Assembly: GCA_965230955.1 (NCBI GenBank)
Contig: OZ246404.1
Coordinates: 1,060,024-1,124,023, forward strand
Direction: 5' to 3'
Length of the DNA: 64,000 nucleotides
Source of the DNA: an uncultured Candidatus Saccharibacteria bacterium
GTDB taxonomy: Bacteria; Patescibacteriota; CALEFQ01
Under the pieces are notes generated by a model. That model ran no database searches, had not been told where the DNA came from, and was given only the letters and a program-made list of their open reading frames with translations. The translations under genes and the position numbers were made by a program. Shown in pieces: positions 1 to 9,880 of this stretch; the stretch's first letter is position 1, and each line of letters starts with the position of its first letter.

Positions 1-64
1 AACGCCAGGCCAAAATATCCGGCGACTGTGTAGTCCAGGTTATATTTTGTAGTAGTTCTCCCAT
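1..64 (-). CDS. 5' end of a gene running off the left edge (MGELLQNITWTTQSPDILAWR...), product unknown
   Basis: ATG at 64 with an open frame to the window edge, an AT-rich upstream region, and a position downstream of the structured leader at 197-562. Confidence 0.4.
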   Translation of the reverse strand, partial: MGELLQNITWTTQSPDILAWR

Positions 65-121
65 GGTTTTGATTTTAGTTAATTTTAATAAAAAACTATT
101 GTTCGTCCTCTGTAGTATACC

Positions 122-196
122 AAGTCAAAATTCAAAGGTCAAAAGCCTAAAATTTGATTATTTAACTTTTGACTTTTTATTTTTGACCTTTGACTT
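122..196. repeat. Heptamer-periodic palindrome, AAAGTCA family
   Basis: aagtcaa-aattcaa-aggtcaa-aag ... tgacttt-ttatttt-tgacctt-tgactt; same family at 6615, 16793, 20442. Confidence 0.8.
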
Positions 197-234
197 AAAA
201 AGAAAAACCCCCACACACCTGGCGGTGCTGGGAG
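197..234 (-). terminator. Intrinsic terminator / possible attenuator
   Basis: Minus strand CTCCCAGCACC-GCCA-GGTGTGTGGGGG followed by TTTTTCTTTTT. Confidence 0.7.
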
Positions 235-282
235 CCTTTCTTGCACTGGCTTTACCCAAGGAGCAAAGCCAGTCGAAATGAC

Positions 283-378
283 TTAGAAACCGTAAGTAAA
301 ATTAATGGCGCTAACCATGACTAATCCCACGCAATACGCGCCAAACGCCAGGAAGCTGTAGAAATACATCTTTTCCAT
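283..378 (-). CDS. 31-aa Phe/Tyr-rich small ORF (MEKMYFYSFLAFGAYCVGLVMVSAINFTYGF); leader peptide or small membrane peptide
   Basis: Translated by hand; 5 Phe and 4 Tyr; lies between a promoter and a hairpin + terminator. Confidence 0.55.
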   Translation of the reverse strand: MEKMYFYSFLAFGAYCVGLVMVSAINFTYGF

Positions 379-533
379 AGTGTTTTTGTTTTACCTTATC
401 TCCCCATCCTAGAGACAAAGTTGTTAAGACGTCTCTTTTTACCCACAAACCGATTGGCATCGGCCAAATAGGCTCTATCAGCTTTTTAGGCTAATAAATA
501 CAAAACGGGCTGTTCACCCGTTTTGATAATATA

Positions 534-562
534 AGTATAGCAGATATTTTTTGGCTTGTCAA
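534..562 (-). promoter_or_regulatory. Sigma70-type promoter
   Basis: TTGACA-17 nt-TATACT with extended -10 TG. Confidence 0.75.
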
Positions 563-658
563 TCATTATCGACCGACCATCTTATTGACTTTTTCAGAGT
601 TTCCGGATAGAATCCGTTGACTGGCTGGGGCAAAGAAGTTCATCAAGGAGGTCTGATT

Positions 659-907
659 ATGTTAAATTGGTACTTTTTTCACGATCTGGACTTTACGTCC
701 GGATTCCACGGTTGTTTGATCAAAGAGGCTTGCAATCTCGTTGACGCGTCGGTACAACTTTTGGCCGAGCATCCCGACTGGTCGACGCGGAAATTCAACG
801 TTGCCTATGGTCCGGTAGGAACGGCGCGAATCAGCACCGTTCAAAATTTTGCCATGAATGTTGAACCGAAAAAAATAATTGAAAATTCGCAGAACAAAAG
901 TATCTAA
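659..907 (+). CDS. Hypothetical protein (82 aa)
   Basis: AAGGAGG before ATG at 659, own TTGACT...TAGAAT promoter, terminator at 941-971. Confidence 0.65.
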   Translation: MLNWYFFHDLDFTSGFHGCLIKEACNLVDASVQLLAEHPDWSTRKFNVAYGPVGTARISTVQNFAMNVEPKKIIENSQNKSI

Positions 908-1008
908 ACAGCAAACCTTACCCCCTGCCATTCACTCCACAAGTCCCCTGCCCGCGCAGAGGACTTTTTTTATACTCTTCTTTCTTAAATCTTATATCTT
1001 ATCTCTTG

Positions 1009-3720
1009 CTATGCAGTCGTTGTTTTTTCTTTTCCTTTCTTTTTCGCTTTACCCTTTTCAAAGACAAATTCATTGCCAGTAATATCCACTTTGACGGTGT
1101 CACCACTGCGATACTTTCCCTCCAGTAGCAACAACGATAAAGGATTTTCTATTTTCTTTTGGATTAAGCGTTTAAGCGGGCGGGCACCAAAGAGAGGGTC
1201 AAAACCTTCCTCGGCGATTTTTTCCTTGACCCGGTCGCTCAAATCCAACTTTATCCCCTGGCCATGCAACAAGCGCTGGACATCGGCCACCAAAAGATCC
1301 ACTATTTTTTTGATATCGGCTTTGGAAAGGGCTTCAAAAATAATCACCTCATCCACGCGATTGAGAAATTCCGGGCGGAAAGTCTTTTTCAAATCTTCCA
1401 TCAACTCGGCGCGTAATTCATCTTTGGATAAAACTTTTCCTTTCGTCCCGTCTTCGAAGCCGATTTTCTTGCCGGTCGCGTCTTGAATTTTTTGCGAGCC
1501 GATATTGCTAGTGGCGATGATGATTGTGTTTTTGAAATCAACCGTGCGTCCTTTGGCATCAGTCAGCCGGCCGTCATCCAAAACTTGCAGCAAAATATTA
1601 AAAACATCCGGATGGGCTTTCTCGATTTCATCAAGCAAAATCACGCTATACGGCTTACGGCGAACTTTTTCCGTCAATTGACCCCCTTCTTCGTGCCCCA
1701 CGTAGCCGGGCGGCGAACCGGTCAGTTTCGCCACGGAATGTGATTCCATATATTCCGACATGTCGATTCGGACTATCGCTTCTTCACTGCCGAAAACCTG
1801 TTCGGCCAGCGCCTTAGCCAGTTCGGTTTTGCCGACTCCCGTCGGGCCGAGGAAAATAAACGAACCGATCGGCCGGGCCGGGTCTTTCAGTCCCGCGCGC
1901 CCGCGCCGCACCGCTTCCGCCACCGCCCGCACCGCCTCGTGCTGCCCGATCACCCGTTGGTGCAAACGATCTTCCAGTTTCAATAATTTTTCGACTTCTT
2001 CTTCCGCCAATTGCGAGACCGGAATCCCTGTCCATTCCGAAACAAGCTTTTCAATGTCGCCCGCCAGCACCGTGGGCTGGCCCGTGGCCTGATCCTTACG
2101 CCAGGTGATATCCAGTTCCCGCTGTCGATCCTGCATTTTTTTGATACTTTTAGTCAATTCCACAACTTTTTTCCGATTGCGCTGAGCCGCTTGGCGCTCT
2201 TTCTCGGCGTTGCTGATTTCCTTTTCCAGTTTTTTTAGCTCCGCTGGGGCTTCCAGTGATTGAATCCTGATTTTTGAGGCCGCTTCGTCAATCAAGTCAA
2301 TCGCCTTATCCGGTAAAAATCGATCCTTGATATAGCGCGCGGAAAGTGAAGCCGCGGCTACAATCGATTCATCGGAAATGGTTGTCTTGTGGTGCGCTTC
2401 GTATTTGTCGCGCAGTCCCCGCAAGATGGAAATAGTATCGTTGACCGTCGGCTCATCAACCAGCACCGGCTGAAAGCGTCGCTCAAACGCCGCATCTTTT
2501 TCAATATATTTTTTGTATTCGTTTAGGGTTGTCGCACCGATGGCCTGTAATTGTCCACGCGCCAAGGCCGGCTTGAGGATATTAGAGGCATCAATCGCTC
2601 CTTCCGATCCGCCCGCCCCGACAATAGTATGTAATTCATCGATAAATAAAATAATCTTGCCCTGGGCAGCTTCTATTTCTTCCAGTGATTTCTTGAGCCG
2701 TTTTTCAAATTCACCGCGATATTTGGTCCCGGCCACCATGCCGGAAATATCCAACGCAACCACCCTTTTGTCTTTAAGTGTTTCCGGAACACTATTGGTA
2801 ATAATCCGCTGAGCCAAACCTTCGGCAATCGCCGTTTTGCCAACCCCGGGCTCACCGATCAAGACAGGATTGTTTTTCGTCCGCCGGGACAAGACCTGAA
2901 TCACCCGCGCGACCTCTTTTTCGCGCCCGATCACCGGATCAAGCTTTCCTTCTTTGGCCATATCCGTCAGATCCCGGCTATATTTATCCAGGGTCGGTGT
3001 TTGACTAGCGACCTTTTGTCCCGCTACTTCTTTCTTGCCAAAACCAACCGCCCCGGCCACGGCTTTGCGCGCTTTGTCCATCGTGACCCCGTATTTTTGC
3101 AAAATCTGAGCGGCCATCCCTTCTTCTTCGGCCAGTAAGCCCATCAAGATATGCTCGGAACCAATATACTGATGACCCATCTCGCGCGAAATACGAAATG
3201 CCAGCTCAAAAACTTTTTTGGCCCGCGGAGTAAAATCCACCATCGGCGCTTTTTCTTCTTCCGATTCTTCTTCCTCCGCCCGAGGAGTTTGGGGCATATT
3301 TTCTTCCAAATAACCCTGTAATTCAGCGGTTTTAATACCCAATTTGGCCAGTAGTTTCTGGCCCATTTCTTCATCTTCGCTTATTCCCCACAATAAATGC
3401 TCCGTATCCACCGTATTGGCTCCCATTTCATGAGCTTTCTGCGCCGCGCTGGAAACAACCTTTTTAGCGCGTTCGGAAAAATAATCCACCAAATTTATTT
3501 CCTGCCGAGGACGATAACTCTGGCCGAGCGAATCGCCGAAAAAAGGATCGCCGCCGGTTTGTCCGCCGAAAAAATTATCAAACAGCGAGCGGGCGCCGCC
3601 CCCGAAAACATTGCGCTCCTGGGCGCAGGTATAACATAAATTAACCTCGCTGGGACGGCCGTTACGAGTTTGTCTTATTTTGACGGTCGCGGGTCGAGAC
3701 CCGCAAGATTGGCATAACAT
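1009..3720 (-). CDS. clpC: Clp/Hsp100 AAA+ ATPase (ClpC-like) with N-terminal Zn-binding domain
   Basis: CxxC...CxxC N-terminus, Clp_N repeats, Walker A GEPGVGKT and GPTGVGKT, short M-domain, IGF loop; start set at ATG 3720 (MLCQSC). Confidence 0.92.
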   Translation of the reverse strand: MLCQSCGSRPATVKIRQTRNGRPSEVNLCYTCAQERNVFGGGARSLFDNFFGGQTGGDPFFGDSLGQSYRPRQEINLVDYFSERAKKVVSSAAQKAHEMGANTVDTEHLLWGISEDEEMGQKLLAKLGIKTAELQGYLEENMPQTPRAEEEESEEEKAPMVDFTPRAKKVFELAFRISREMGHQYIGSEHILMGLLAEEEGMAAQILQKYGVTMDKARKAVAGAVGFGKKEVAGQKVASQTPTLDKYSRDLTDMAKEGKLDPVIGREKEVARVIQVLSRRTKNNPVLIGEPGVGKTAIAEGLAQRIITNSVPETLKDKRVVALDISGMVAGTKYRGEFEKRLKKSLEEIEAAQGKIILFIDELHTIVGAGGSEGAIDASNILKPALARGQLQAIGATTLNEYKKYIEKDAAFERRFQPVLVDEPTVNDTISILRGLRDKYEAHHKTTISDESIVAAASLSARYIKDRFLPDKAIDLIDEAASKIRIQSLEAPAELKKLEKEISNAEKERQAAQRNRKKVVELTKSIKKMQDRQRELDITWRKDQATGQPTVLAGDIEKLVSEWTGIPVSQLAEEEVEKLLKLEDRLHQRVIGQHEAVRAVAEAVRRGRAGLKDPARPIGSFIFLGPTGVGKTELAKALAEQVFGSEEAIVRIDMSEYMESHSVAKLTGSPPGYVGHEEGGQLTEKVRRKPYSVILLDEIEKAHPDVFNILLQVLDDGRLTDAKGRTVDFKNTIIIATSNIGSQKIQDATGKKIGFEDGTKGKVLSKDELRAELMEDLKKTFRPEFLNRVDEVIIFEALSKADIKKIVDLLVADVQRLLHGQGIKLDLSDRVKEKIAEEGFDPLFGARPLKRLIQKKIENPLSLLLLEGKYRSGDTVKVDITGNEFVFEKGKAKKKGKEKTTTA

Positions 3721-3727
3721 AAAAAAC

Positions 3728-3804
3728 AAGAATTAAGATATAAGATGTAAGATATAAGAAAGTTGTTTCAGTCTTAAATCTTATATCTTACTTCTTATTT
3801 CTTA
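3728..3804. repeat. Heptamer-periodic palindrome, TAAGATA family, in the clpC 5' UTR
   Basis: aagaatt-aagatat-aagatgt-aagatat-aagaa ... tcttaaa-tcttata-tcttact-tcttatt; half copy at 983-1008, relative at 19406. Confidence 0.8.
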
Positions 3805-3831
3805 TTAGCACTCAATGAGCACGAGTGCTAA
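3805..3831. promoter_or_regulatory. CIRCE operator (HrcA site)
   Basis: Perfect TTAGCACTC-N9-GAGTGCTAA. Confidence 0.95.
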
Positions 3832-3835
3832 TTCC

Positions 3836-3864
3836 AATATATGGTGTTCTTTTCTTTTTGTCAA
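3836..3864 (-). promoter_or_regulatory. clpC promoter
   Basis: TTGACA-17 nt-TATATT directly upstream of CIRCE. Confidence 0.75.
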
Positions 3865-3949
3865 ATAAACAAACCGGTTGACTCCAGTCCTGCTTTAGAT
3901 AATAATACCATGTTGGGAAAAACATCTTTTCCCCTGAAAGGAGGCATAT

Positions 3950-4348
3950 ATGGAAGACTCTATCCGATTAAGCTTGCCGGATTGCTTGGCTATTTGCGAG
4001 CGATTAAAACAGCTTTATTCCCAAGCAACGGTCATCCGACAACCGAGCGGCCGAGATATCGATTTTCTGATAAAAATCTGGGTCGGTTTAAGAGCCGAAC
4101 TGGGTCTGGAAGAAGAAAAAGTAGATTCTCATGACGGCCACAATTACATGGCAAAGCTGGAACTGATCCGCGAAGACTGGTATAAGCACCGAGAAGAGGA
4201 AACTTCACTGATACTGCGGCGATATATCCTGATTCACTATTCTGAGAAAGATGACAAAATAGAACTGATAGCCAATCTCCTACTGGATCATCTTAGGGAG
4301 CTCGTCGGGAAAATCACCAAATTACAACTGGGACCGGATTGGACTTGA
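3950..4348 (+). CDS. Hypothetical helical protein
   Basis: AAAGGAGG SD, 132 aa ORF, terminator at ~4426-4452. Confidence 0.7.
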   Translation: MEDSIRLSLPDCLAICERLKQLYSQATVIRQPSGRDIDFLIKIWVGLRAELGLEEEKVDSHDGHNYMAKLELIREDWYKHREEETSLILRRYILIHYSEKDDKIELIANLLLDHLRELVGKITKLQLGPDWT

Positions 4349-4526
4349 TCCGTTCAAGGAAATCGCCAAACAGCAGCAGTGGTTGAAAACGGCAGGGAGA
4401 CCATCTTCGTATCGCATTCTCAATCAACAGGCACCCTGCGGCGCCTGTTTTTATTTTTGCAGACAAAAAAAGGGATGGAACATAGTTCCACCCCAGACAG
4501 GCGCACTCATTTTAGGACTCAACGAC

Positions 4527-4820
4527 CTAAGTTTTTTCCACCAAACGGATCCGGAATATAACTCGACCGGCTTCGATTTCCCAGGCATCGGATTTCAGGT
4601 CGAAATCCGGCAGGCGAACGGATAGAGCTTGAGAAATTCCGGCAGACACCAGACCGTGATAATACGGCCAGCACTTCCGGTAAATCAGCTCGTCGGGAAT
4701 CAGTCGGATGACAATTACCGTTTGACCAGCCAATAGCTTTTGGGAAAGCAGACGCTTCCAAACGTAATCCAGATCAATCTTCGCCGGTATGCACTGTAAA
4801 TCGAAATTGATAATATTCAC
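4527..4820 (-). CDS. Hypothetical protein, paralog of the upstream gene
   Basis: GTGA overlap with upstream stop, SD AAGGAGG, aligns by eye with 4817..5152. Confidence 0.65.
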   Translation of the reverse strand: MNIINFDLQCIPAKIDLDYVWKRLLSQKLLAGQTVIVIRLIPDELIYRKCWPYYHGLVSAGISQALSVRLPDFDLKSDAWEIEAGRVIFRIRLVEKT

Positions 4821-5152
4821 ACCTTCCCTCCCTTCTCGTTAATCTGACAAGTGAAAATATAGCGCCCTATCTCAGTCGACAAATCGGCTTTGGCCAGAAA
4901 AAAATCTCCTAAAAGAAAAATCCAGAGGCTCAATTCGATGAATATTTCTTGCCGGACCAAAGCCTTCACATAATCCTGTGTCGGAACGTTATTATAGAAT
5001 CTCTCATCGTAGTTTTCGAGAGAAATCCGTAATTGATCGCCCGACTTGATTGCCAGCCCCGATAACGATTCCAAAGTTTCTCGACCGCTTAACAGCCCCG
5101 GCGGGCAATCAAACTCTAATACCCAAACTTGGTATGATTGAACCGAAAGCAT
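4817..5152 (-). CDS. Hypothetical protein
   Basis: AAAGGAGG SD before ATG at 5152. Confidence 0.65.
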   Translation of the reverse strand: MLSVQSYQVWVLEFDCPPGLLSGRETLESLSGLAIKSGDQLRISLENYDERFYNNVPTQDYVKALVRQEIFIELSLWIFLLGDFFLAKADLSTEIGRYIFTCQINEKGGKV

Positions 5153-5305
5153 CACTCCCTCCTTTGGAAAAGTACATATATTTCTACTATAGCTAATAAG
5201 AAAAAGCAAGGGCGGACCAGACTCCTATGGCTTTACTGATCAAGCAAAATAGTACAAAAAAGCGGGAGCAATCGACTCCCGCTTCTCTATCTTGATTAGA
5301 GTTAT

Positions 5306-5758
5306 TTACATCCCGGCTTTGACCTGGATCTTTCGCGCCTTAGCTTTGCGTGATTTAGGCAATTTAACCGTCAAAACACCGTCTTTTAAAGTCGCCTCAA
5401 TTTTATCCGCCTCCACTTCCATCGGTAGAATAACTGACCGAGAAAAAGCGCCCCAGTAGCATTCCTGGTAGAAATAGTCATCTTCTTTAACGGTTTCTTC
5501 CTTACGACGCTCGCCTTTGATCGTCAACATGTCATTATTGATGGAAATGTCGAGGTCTTCTGGCCTGACTCCAGCAATTGTAGACTTGATTACAATATTA
5601 TCCGCGTCTTGGAATACATCCAAAGTCAGCTGTCCCTCGGTTTCGTCCTGGCTTTCAAGCCAATCTTCTTTTTTTTCGGACGAGGACGCTACAGCTTTCG
5701 GAATGATTTTCTTTTCTTCGGTCATAGTTTTTTCATCCTTTGTTTTTTTACCAAACAT
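5306..5758 (-). CDS. Small heat shock protein, Hsp20/alpha-crystallin
   Basis: DVFQD...GVRPEDLDISINNDMLTIKGER...GAFSRSVILP...ATLKDGVLTVKLPK; TTGAAG-17-TATAAT promoter at 5860-5888. Confidence 0.93.
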   Translation of the reverse strand: MFGKKTKDEKTMTEEKKIIPKAVASSSEKKEDWLESQDETEGQLTLDVFQDADNIVIKSTIAGVRPEDLDISINNDMLTIKGERRKEETVKEDDYFYQECYWGAFSRSVILPMEVEADKIEATLKDGVLTVKLPKSRKAKARKIQVKAGM

Positions 5759-5771
5759 AAATTTGATTCAA

Positions 5772-5846
5772 TTAACAAGTAACATGTAACAAATGACCTC
5801 CCGGAAAGTGTCTTTCTGTTTTGTTATCTGTTACTTGTTACCTGAT
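5772..5846. repeat. Heptamer-periodic palindrome, TAACAAG family, in the hsp20 5' UTR
   Basis: taacaag-taacatg-taacaaa ... tgttatc-tgttact-tgttacc. Confidence 0.7.
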
Positions 5847-5925
5847 CTTATTCGCTACTATTATACACTCTCTTTCCCGCGCCTTCAACGGGCTAAGACT
5901 GTGGATTAGTCGCGAAGAACACGCC

Positions 5926-6606
5926 TCAAACCTCCACCCGGCGCATTTTCTTGATGCCGATGGCCAGAATAACGTAAACAACCGCCAACAAAATTATAAT
6001 TAAGGGGATGGTCAGTTCGGAATCAAGCGTGATCACAAAATTGTACAGACCGTGAACAAAAATAGCACACAATAATCCAGCCGCTATTAACCAGCCCTGT
6101 TGCCGCGGTTTGAATTTTGCCAAACCCAGGAAATAGCCCATTAATCCGGAAGCGGTGGCGTGCAGCAAAGTAGCGGTGATCGCCCGGGCTAGCACGACAT
6201 TCTCACCGGACCCAATCGCCGCTAAGACGTTTTCCAGGGTGGCAAAACCAAGTCCGGCGGCGATGCCATAAATCACTCCGTCGATTTTTTCATCAAAAAC
6301 AGGCTCGTTGAAAACCGTTCGCCGAACAATCAAAAATTTCAGAATCTCTTCCACCGGCGCCACCACGGCAAAAGTCGAGATACAAATATAAGCCAGCGAA
6401 GCCACATCCAAATAATTCTGAAGCAGTGAATCGGCCAGGAGTTCAATCACGATCGCCGGAATAGTGGCCAGCATGCCCCAGACAAATACTTTCAGTACCC
6501 ATTTCAAAGGCTCGGGATGTAAATCTTTTTTATAATAAAACCAGAGCCAGAATAGTCCCGGGAGAAAACCGATGAAGATATACCAAATTATATTGATGAA
6601 AGACAT
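5926..6606 (-). CDS. prsW: PrsW-family intramembrane metalloprotease
   Basis: D..PEP, EEILK, GLGFATLEN, H...SG..G and HGLYN motifs. Confidence 0.9.
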   Translation of the reverse strand: MSFINIIWYIFIGFLPGLFWLWFYYKKDLHPEPLKWVLKVFVWGMLATIPAIVIELLADSLLQNYLDVASLAYICISTFAVVAPVEEILKFLIVRRTVFNEPVFDEKIDGVIYGIAAGLGFATLENVLAAIGSGENVVLARAITATLLHATASGLMGYFLGLAKFKPRQQGWLIAAGLLCAIFVHGLYNFVITLDSELTIPLIIILLAVVYVILAIGIKKMRRVEV

Positions 6607-6614
6607 GCCAACCG

Positions 6615-6690
6615 AGTCAAAAGTAAAAAGTAAAAAGTCAAAAGTGCGATTACCGATACTTCTGACTTTTGATTTTTGACCTTTGACTTA
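6615..6690. repeat. Heptamer-periodic palindrome, AAAGTCA family
   Basis: agtcaaa-agtaaaa-agtaaaa-agtcaaa ... tgacttt-tgatttt-tgacctt-tgactta; its end overlaps the regulator stop codon. Confidence 0.8.
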
Positions 6691-7062
6691 TTTAAGCACT
6701 TTTCTCACTTTTGCCACCACTTCATTGGGCGTGAAATTGGCTTTGACCAAATAATCCGCCGCGCCCAATTCCACCCCTTTCTTGATATCGCTTTCCTGGC
6801 TTAGATTTGTCAGTAAAATGACCGGAATAGCCTTAGTCGCCGGATCATTTTTCAGGGAGCGGAGCACTTGAAAGCCGTCCAACTCGGGCATGACGATATC
6901 AAGAAGAATGATAATCGGTTTTTCCTGTTTAACCAATTCCAGGGCATCAATCCCGTTTTCCGCCTTGAGCACTTCGAAACCTTCCATCTTAAACTTGGTC
7001 TCATACATTTCGATTAGATCTCGATCATCTTCAACGAGCAAAACTTTTTTAGAGGTAGACAT
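6688..7062 (-). CDS. Single-domain CheY-like response regulator
   Basis: VLLVEDD, ILLDIVMPELDG, PVILLT, ADYLVK. Confidence 0.93.
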   Translation of the reverse strand: MSTSKKVLLVEDDRDLIEMYETKFKMEGFEVLKAENGIDALELVKQEKPIIILLDIVMPELDGFQVLRSLKNDPATKAIPVILLTNLSQESDIKKGVELGAADYLVKANFTPNEVVAKVRKVLK

Positions 7063-7071
7063 GGGTTTTTA

Positions 7072-7145
7072 TCTTTAGTCTTTAGTCTTTGGTCTTTAGA
7101 AACCGAAAGCTCGCGCTAAAGACAAAAGATCAACGACTAGCGACT
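7072..7145. repeat. Heptamer-periodic palindrome, TCTTTAG family
   Basis: tctttag-tctttag-tctttgg-tctttag ... ctaaaga-caaaaga-tcaacga-ctagcga. Confidence 0.7.
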
Positions 7146-7151
7146 ATTATA

Positions 7152-8753
7152 TCACGCATACGGTACCGTGAACCAGAAAGTGCTCCCCCGCCCGACACCG
7201 TCACTCCGGACACCGACAGTTCCGCCATGCATCTCGATCAATTGTTTGACGACATAAAGCCCCAGACCGGAACCGGAAGTATAGGCTTTATAAACATCGT
7301 GCCCGCGAGAAAATTTCTTGAACAAACGAGGGATATCGGACGGATCAATACCGATCCCAGTGTCGACCACGCGAACTTCCAGCATTGCCGATTTCGGCTG
7401 TAAGGAGATTGTGACATTCCCGTGAGGCGTATATTTGACGGCATTATCAACCAGATTGTTCAGAACCTCATGGATGATTTTATCATCGACCTTGACCGGC
7501 CGGCTCGGGCGGCCCGGAGATTTAAAAACAAGACTGATTTGACGCGCCCGCGCTTCCGGACCGATCTCGCCCAGGACATCATTGATCACCGACTCCAATT
7601 GCAGCGGCCGTGGATGAAACTGAATATGACCGCTTTCAATCCGCGAGATATTCAACATATTGTTGACCAAAGCGATCAAACGCTCATTACTGTTATAAAC
7701 CCGGGTCAACACTTTTCCCACCGGATCGGAAACAGCCCCATAATCGCCATCCACCACCATCGAAAGATAACCCTTGATTGCGCTTAACGGCGTCCTTAAT
7801 TGATGCGAAGCGATGGAAATAAATTCCGATTTGGCTTGATCTAATTTGGTCAGTTTGGCATTGGCTTCTTCCAGTTTTTCCCGTAATTGTATTTCCCGGG
7901 AGACGCTCCGAATCAAGGAATATCCGAAAAACAGGAAAATCGCCAGGATGACAATTTTGATAATCTGCACCGGAAATTCATTCGGCAGAACAACAGCATC
8001 CAAGAACAAAAATACGGCAATAATAACCACCAACAAGGCAGTCAAAACTATGCGGATGCCAAACAAATTGCGCCTGACAATAGCATAGGCCGTAAATCCG
8101 AGAAGAAAGATGATTGAATAATTTCCGACCTGGTAGTACTGGATCTGGCCTTGAAACAACGGCAGAATGACGTTAAAAACGACATTAAAAGCGACCATAA
8201 TTGCCAAGCCGATCAAAAAATAGGAAAGCTTGGTTTTTTCCTGCGAAGGCAGAGTCAAATATTTCTTGATAAAATTTACCAGAAATAAAAGTGCCAGAAT
8301 AATCACCGACCCGTAAAACAAATTTCCCAGCGGGCCGAAGACCGGTCCCGTTCCCCAATCTTCAATATAAACACCGGCGATCAGAAGATCGGAAAATAGA
8401 GAAAGAGAAAACATTGAACACCCCAATATCACCGCCACCACATTAGCGACTCCCAGATATTTAGTCCGGGGAGATTCGATCGGAAAATAAACGGAAAAAA
8501 GATACATCCCGACTAATGAGGCCGAAATCGAAGCAAAGGAAAGCCGGATCAACCACAGGATAGTATTGGCATCCGTGAAAACGTCGGATAAATAAGCGAA
8601 TGATATCCAGCCAATAAACGCCAAAGTCAAAACCAGAAAAATTTTATTTACCAAAGACTTTTTGTTGGCAAAATATACCCAAAAACCCAGCACCAGACTC
8701 AGTAGGCTGATCAAAATCACAAACAAACGATTGATTAAATCAAGTGTTTCCAT
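7152..8753 (-). CDS. Sensor histidine kinase with multi-TM (7TM-type) N-terminal domain
   Basis: ~9 hydrophobic segments, H box SHQLRTP, N box NLVDNAVKYT, DTGIG and GSGLGL. Confidence 0.93.
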   Translation of the reverse strand: METLDLINRLFVILISLLSLVLGFWVYFANKKSLVNKIFLVLTLAFIGWISFAYLSDVFTDANTILWLIRLSFASISASLVGMYLFSVYFPIESPRTKYLGVANVVAVILGCSMFSLSLFSDLLIAGVYIEDWGTGPVFGPLGNLFYGSVIILALLFLVNFIKKYLTLPSQEKTKLSYFLIGLAIMVAFNVVFNVILPLFQGQIQYYQVGNYSIIFLLGFTAYAIVRRNLFGIRIVLTALLVVIIAVFLFLDAVVLPNEFPVQIIKIVILAIFLFFGYSLIRSVSREIQLREKLEEANAKLTKLDQAKSEFISIASHQLRTPLSAIKGYLSMVVDGDYGAVSDPVGKVLTRVYNSNERLIALVNNMLNISRIESGHIQFHPRPLQLESVINDVLGEIGPEARARQISLVFKSPGRPSRPVKVDDKIIHEVLNNLVDNAVKYTPHGNVTISLQPKSAMLEVRVVDTGIGIDPSDIPRLFKKFSRGHDVYKAYTSGSGLGLYVVKQLIEMHGGTVGVRSDGVGRGSTFWFTVPYA

Positions 8754-9609
8754 ATATATAATATCCCATCATAACAAAAACCGACCAAAGAATGAATTCG
8801 CCGTCAATCAAGACGTTGTAAGTAAATGAATTGGGTTTTTCCTGCCGGACTCTTTTCAAGTAATAAAAAGCGTAAGGGACGGTAAATAGCAGGATGAGAG
8901 AGGCCGGGGGCAGAATCTTAAAGCAAACACCGAGAACGACCGGCAAAATAGAGACAATCGTCACCGCCTTCAAGAAAACTAACAGTTTTTCTTTGCCCAG
9001 AACTACCGCCAAAGTACGCAATTTTTTCCGCTGATCATCCGCCAGGTCTTTTACGTCAAAGACCGTCGTGTTGACCATCCACCTTAAAAAAACAAAGACG
9101 GTCAGCAAAATTACCGGCCAGGATAACGGCTGGTCATAATACAAAATTAAAAAAACGACCAAGGTCGACCAGCAGACAGAAACAAATATTCCTTTGAAAC
9201 CAGGAACTCGGCCGGTAATTTTTTTCAGCGAGATGCTGTAGAGGAATCCGAGCGATACGGTAAAAGAACTGAAGATCAGCGCCGGAATTTTACCGAAGTA
9301 TATCAAAATGGCAAAAAAGATGAGCAGGCAGAAGAAAACCGCCCAAGGAATTTTGGCATAAGACCCGTTCAAATGGCGAGTTCTTTCCGGATTGGTCAAA
9401 TAATCCCCGGGGAATTCTTTATACCGATTAAATAAATAAATCGCTTGAAACGCCAGATAAATGATCAGAAAAAAACCTGGCGTAGCTTGAATCCCCAGCA
9501 AGACCGAGGCGACAAAAGCGATACTGACTCCGCCCAGCGACAGTAAATGGCCGCCATAAACAAACTCGTCCCCAATATAAATCAGATACTGTTTTATTTT
9601 TGTTTTCAT
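8740..9609 (-). CDS. UbiA-family prenyltransferase-like membrane protein
   Basis: Multi-TM; degenerate first motif NRYKEFPGD..NPER, second motif DVKDLADD..K.RTLAV. Confidence 0.8.
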   Translation of the reverse strand: MKTKIKQYLIYIGDEFVYGGHLLSLGGVSIAFVASVLLGIQATPGFFLIIYLAFQAIYLFNRYKEFPGDYLTNPERTRHLNGSYAKIPWAVFFCLLIFFAILIYFGKIPALIFSSFTVSLGFLYSISLKKITGRVPGFKGIFVSVCWSTLVVFLILYYDQPLSWPVILLTVFVFLRWMVNTTVFDVKDLADDQRKKLRTLAVVLGKEKLLVFLKAVTIVSILPVVLGVCFKILPPASLILLFTVPYAFYYLKRVRQEKPNSFTYNVLIDGEFILWSVFVMMGYYIYGNT

Positions 9610-9880
9610 TTTTTATCTGCACCGAACAAGTTGTCACCCAAATAGAAACAGGTCAAAAAAATAATGAAATTACATGAAAAGTATTACCGATTATCTTTCC
9701 GGAAGATCGTTGCTTGACCATCTGAAAACCATTGACATTATACCATATCCTACTTATTGTTAGATGAACTACTCTTATCGCTACGGGCGCAATAATAAGC
9801 CATAAAAAACCCCTCCCTGGCTCGAAATTACCTCAAGCCTGCTAAAAATACTGGTGCTTAGCAGGACCAAGGAGAAGCTT

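Noticed and set aside
63-281. 72-aa + strand ORF, and similar ORFs at 7089 and 20997
   Set aside because: They are translations of heptamer palindromes, with low complexity and no RBS.
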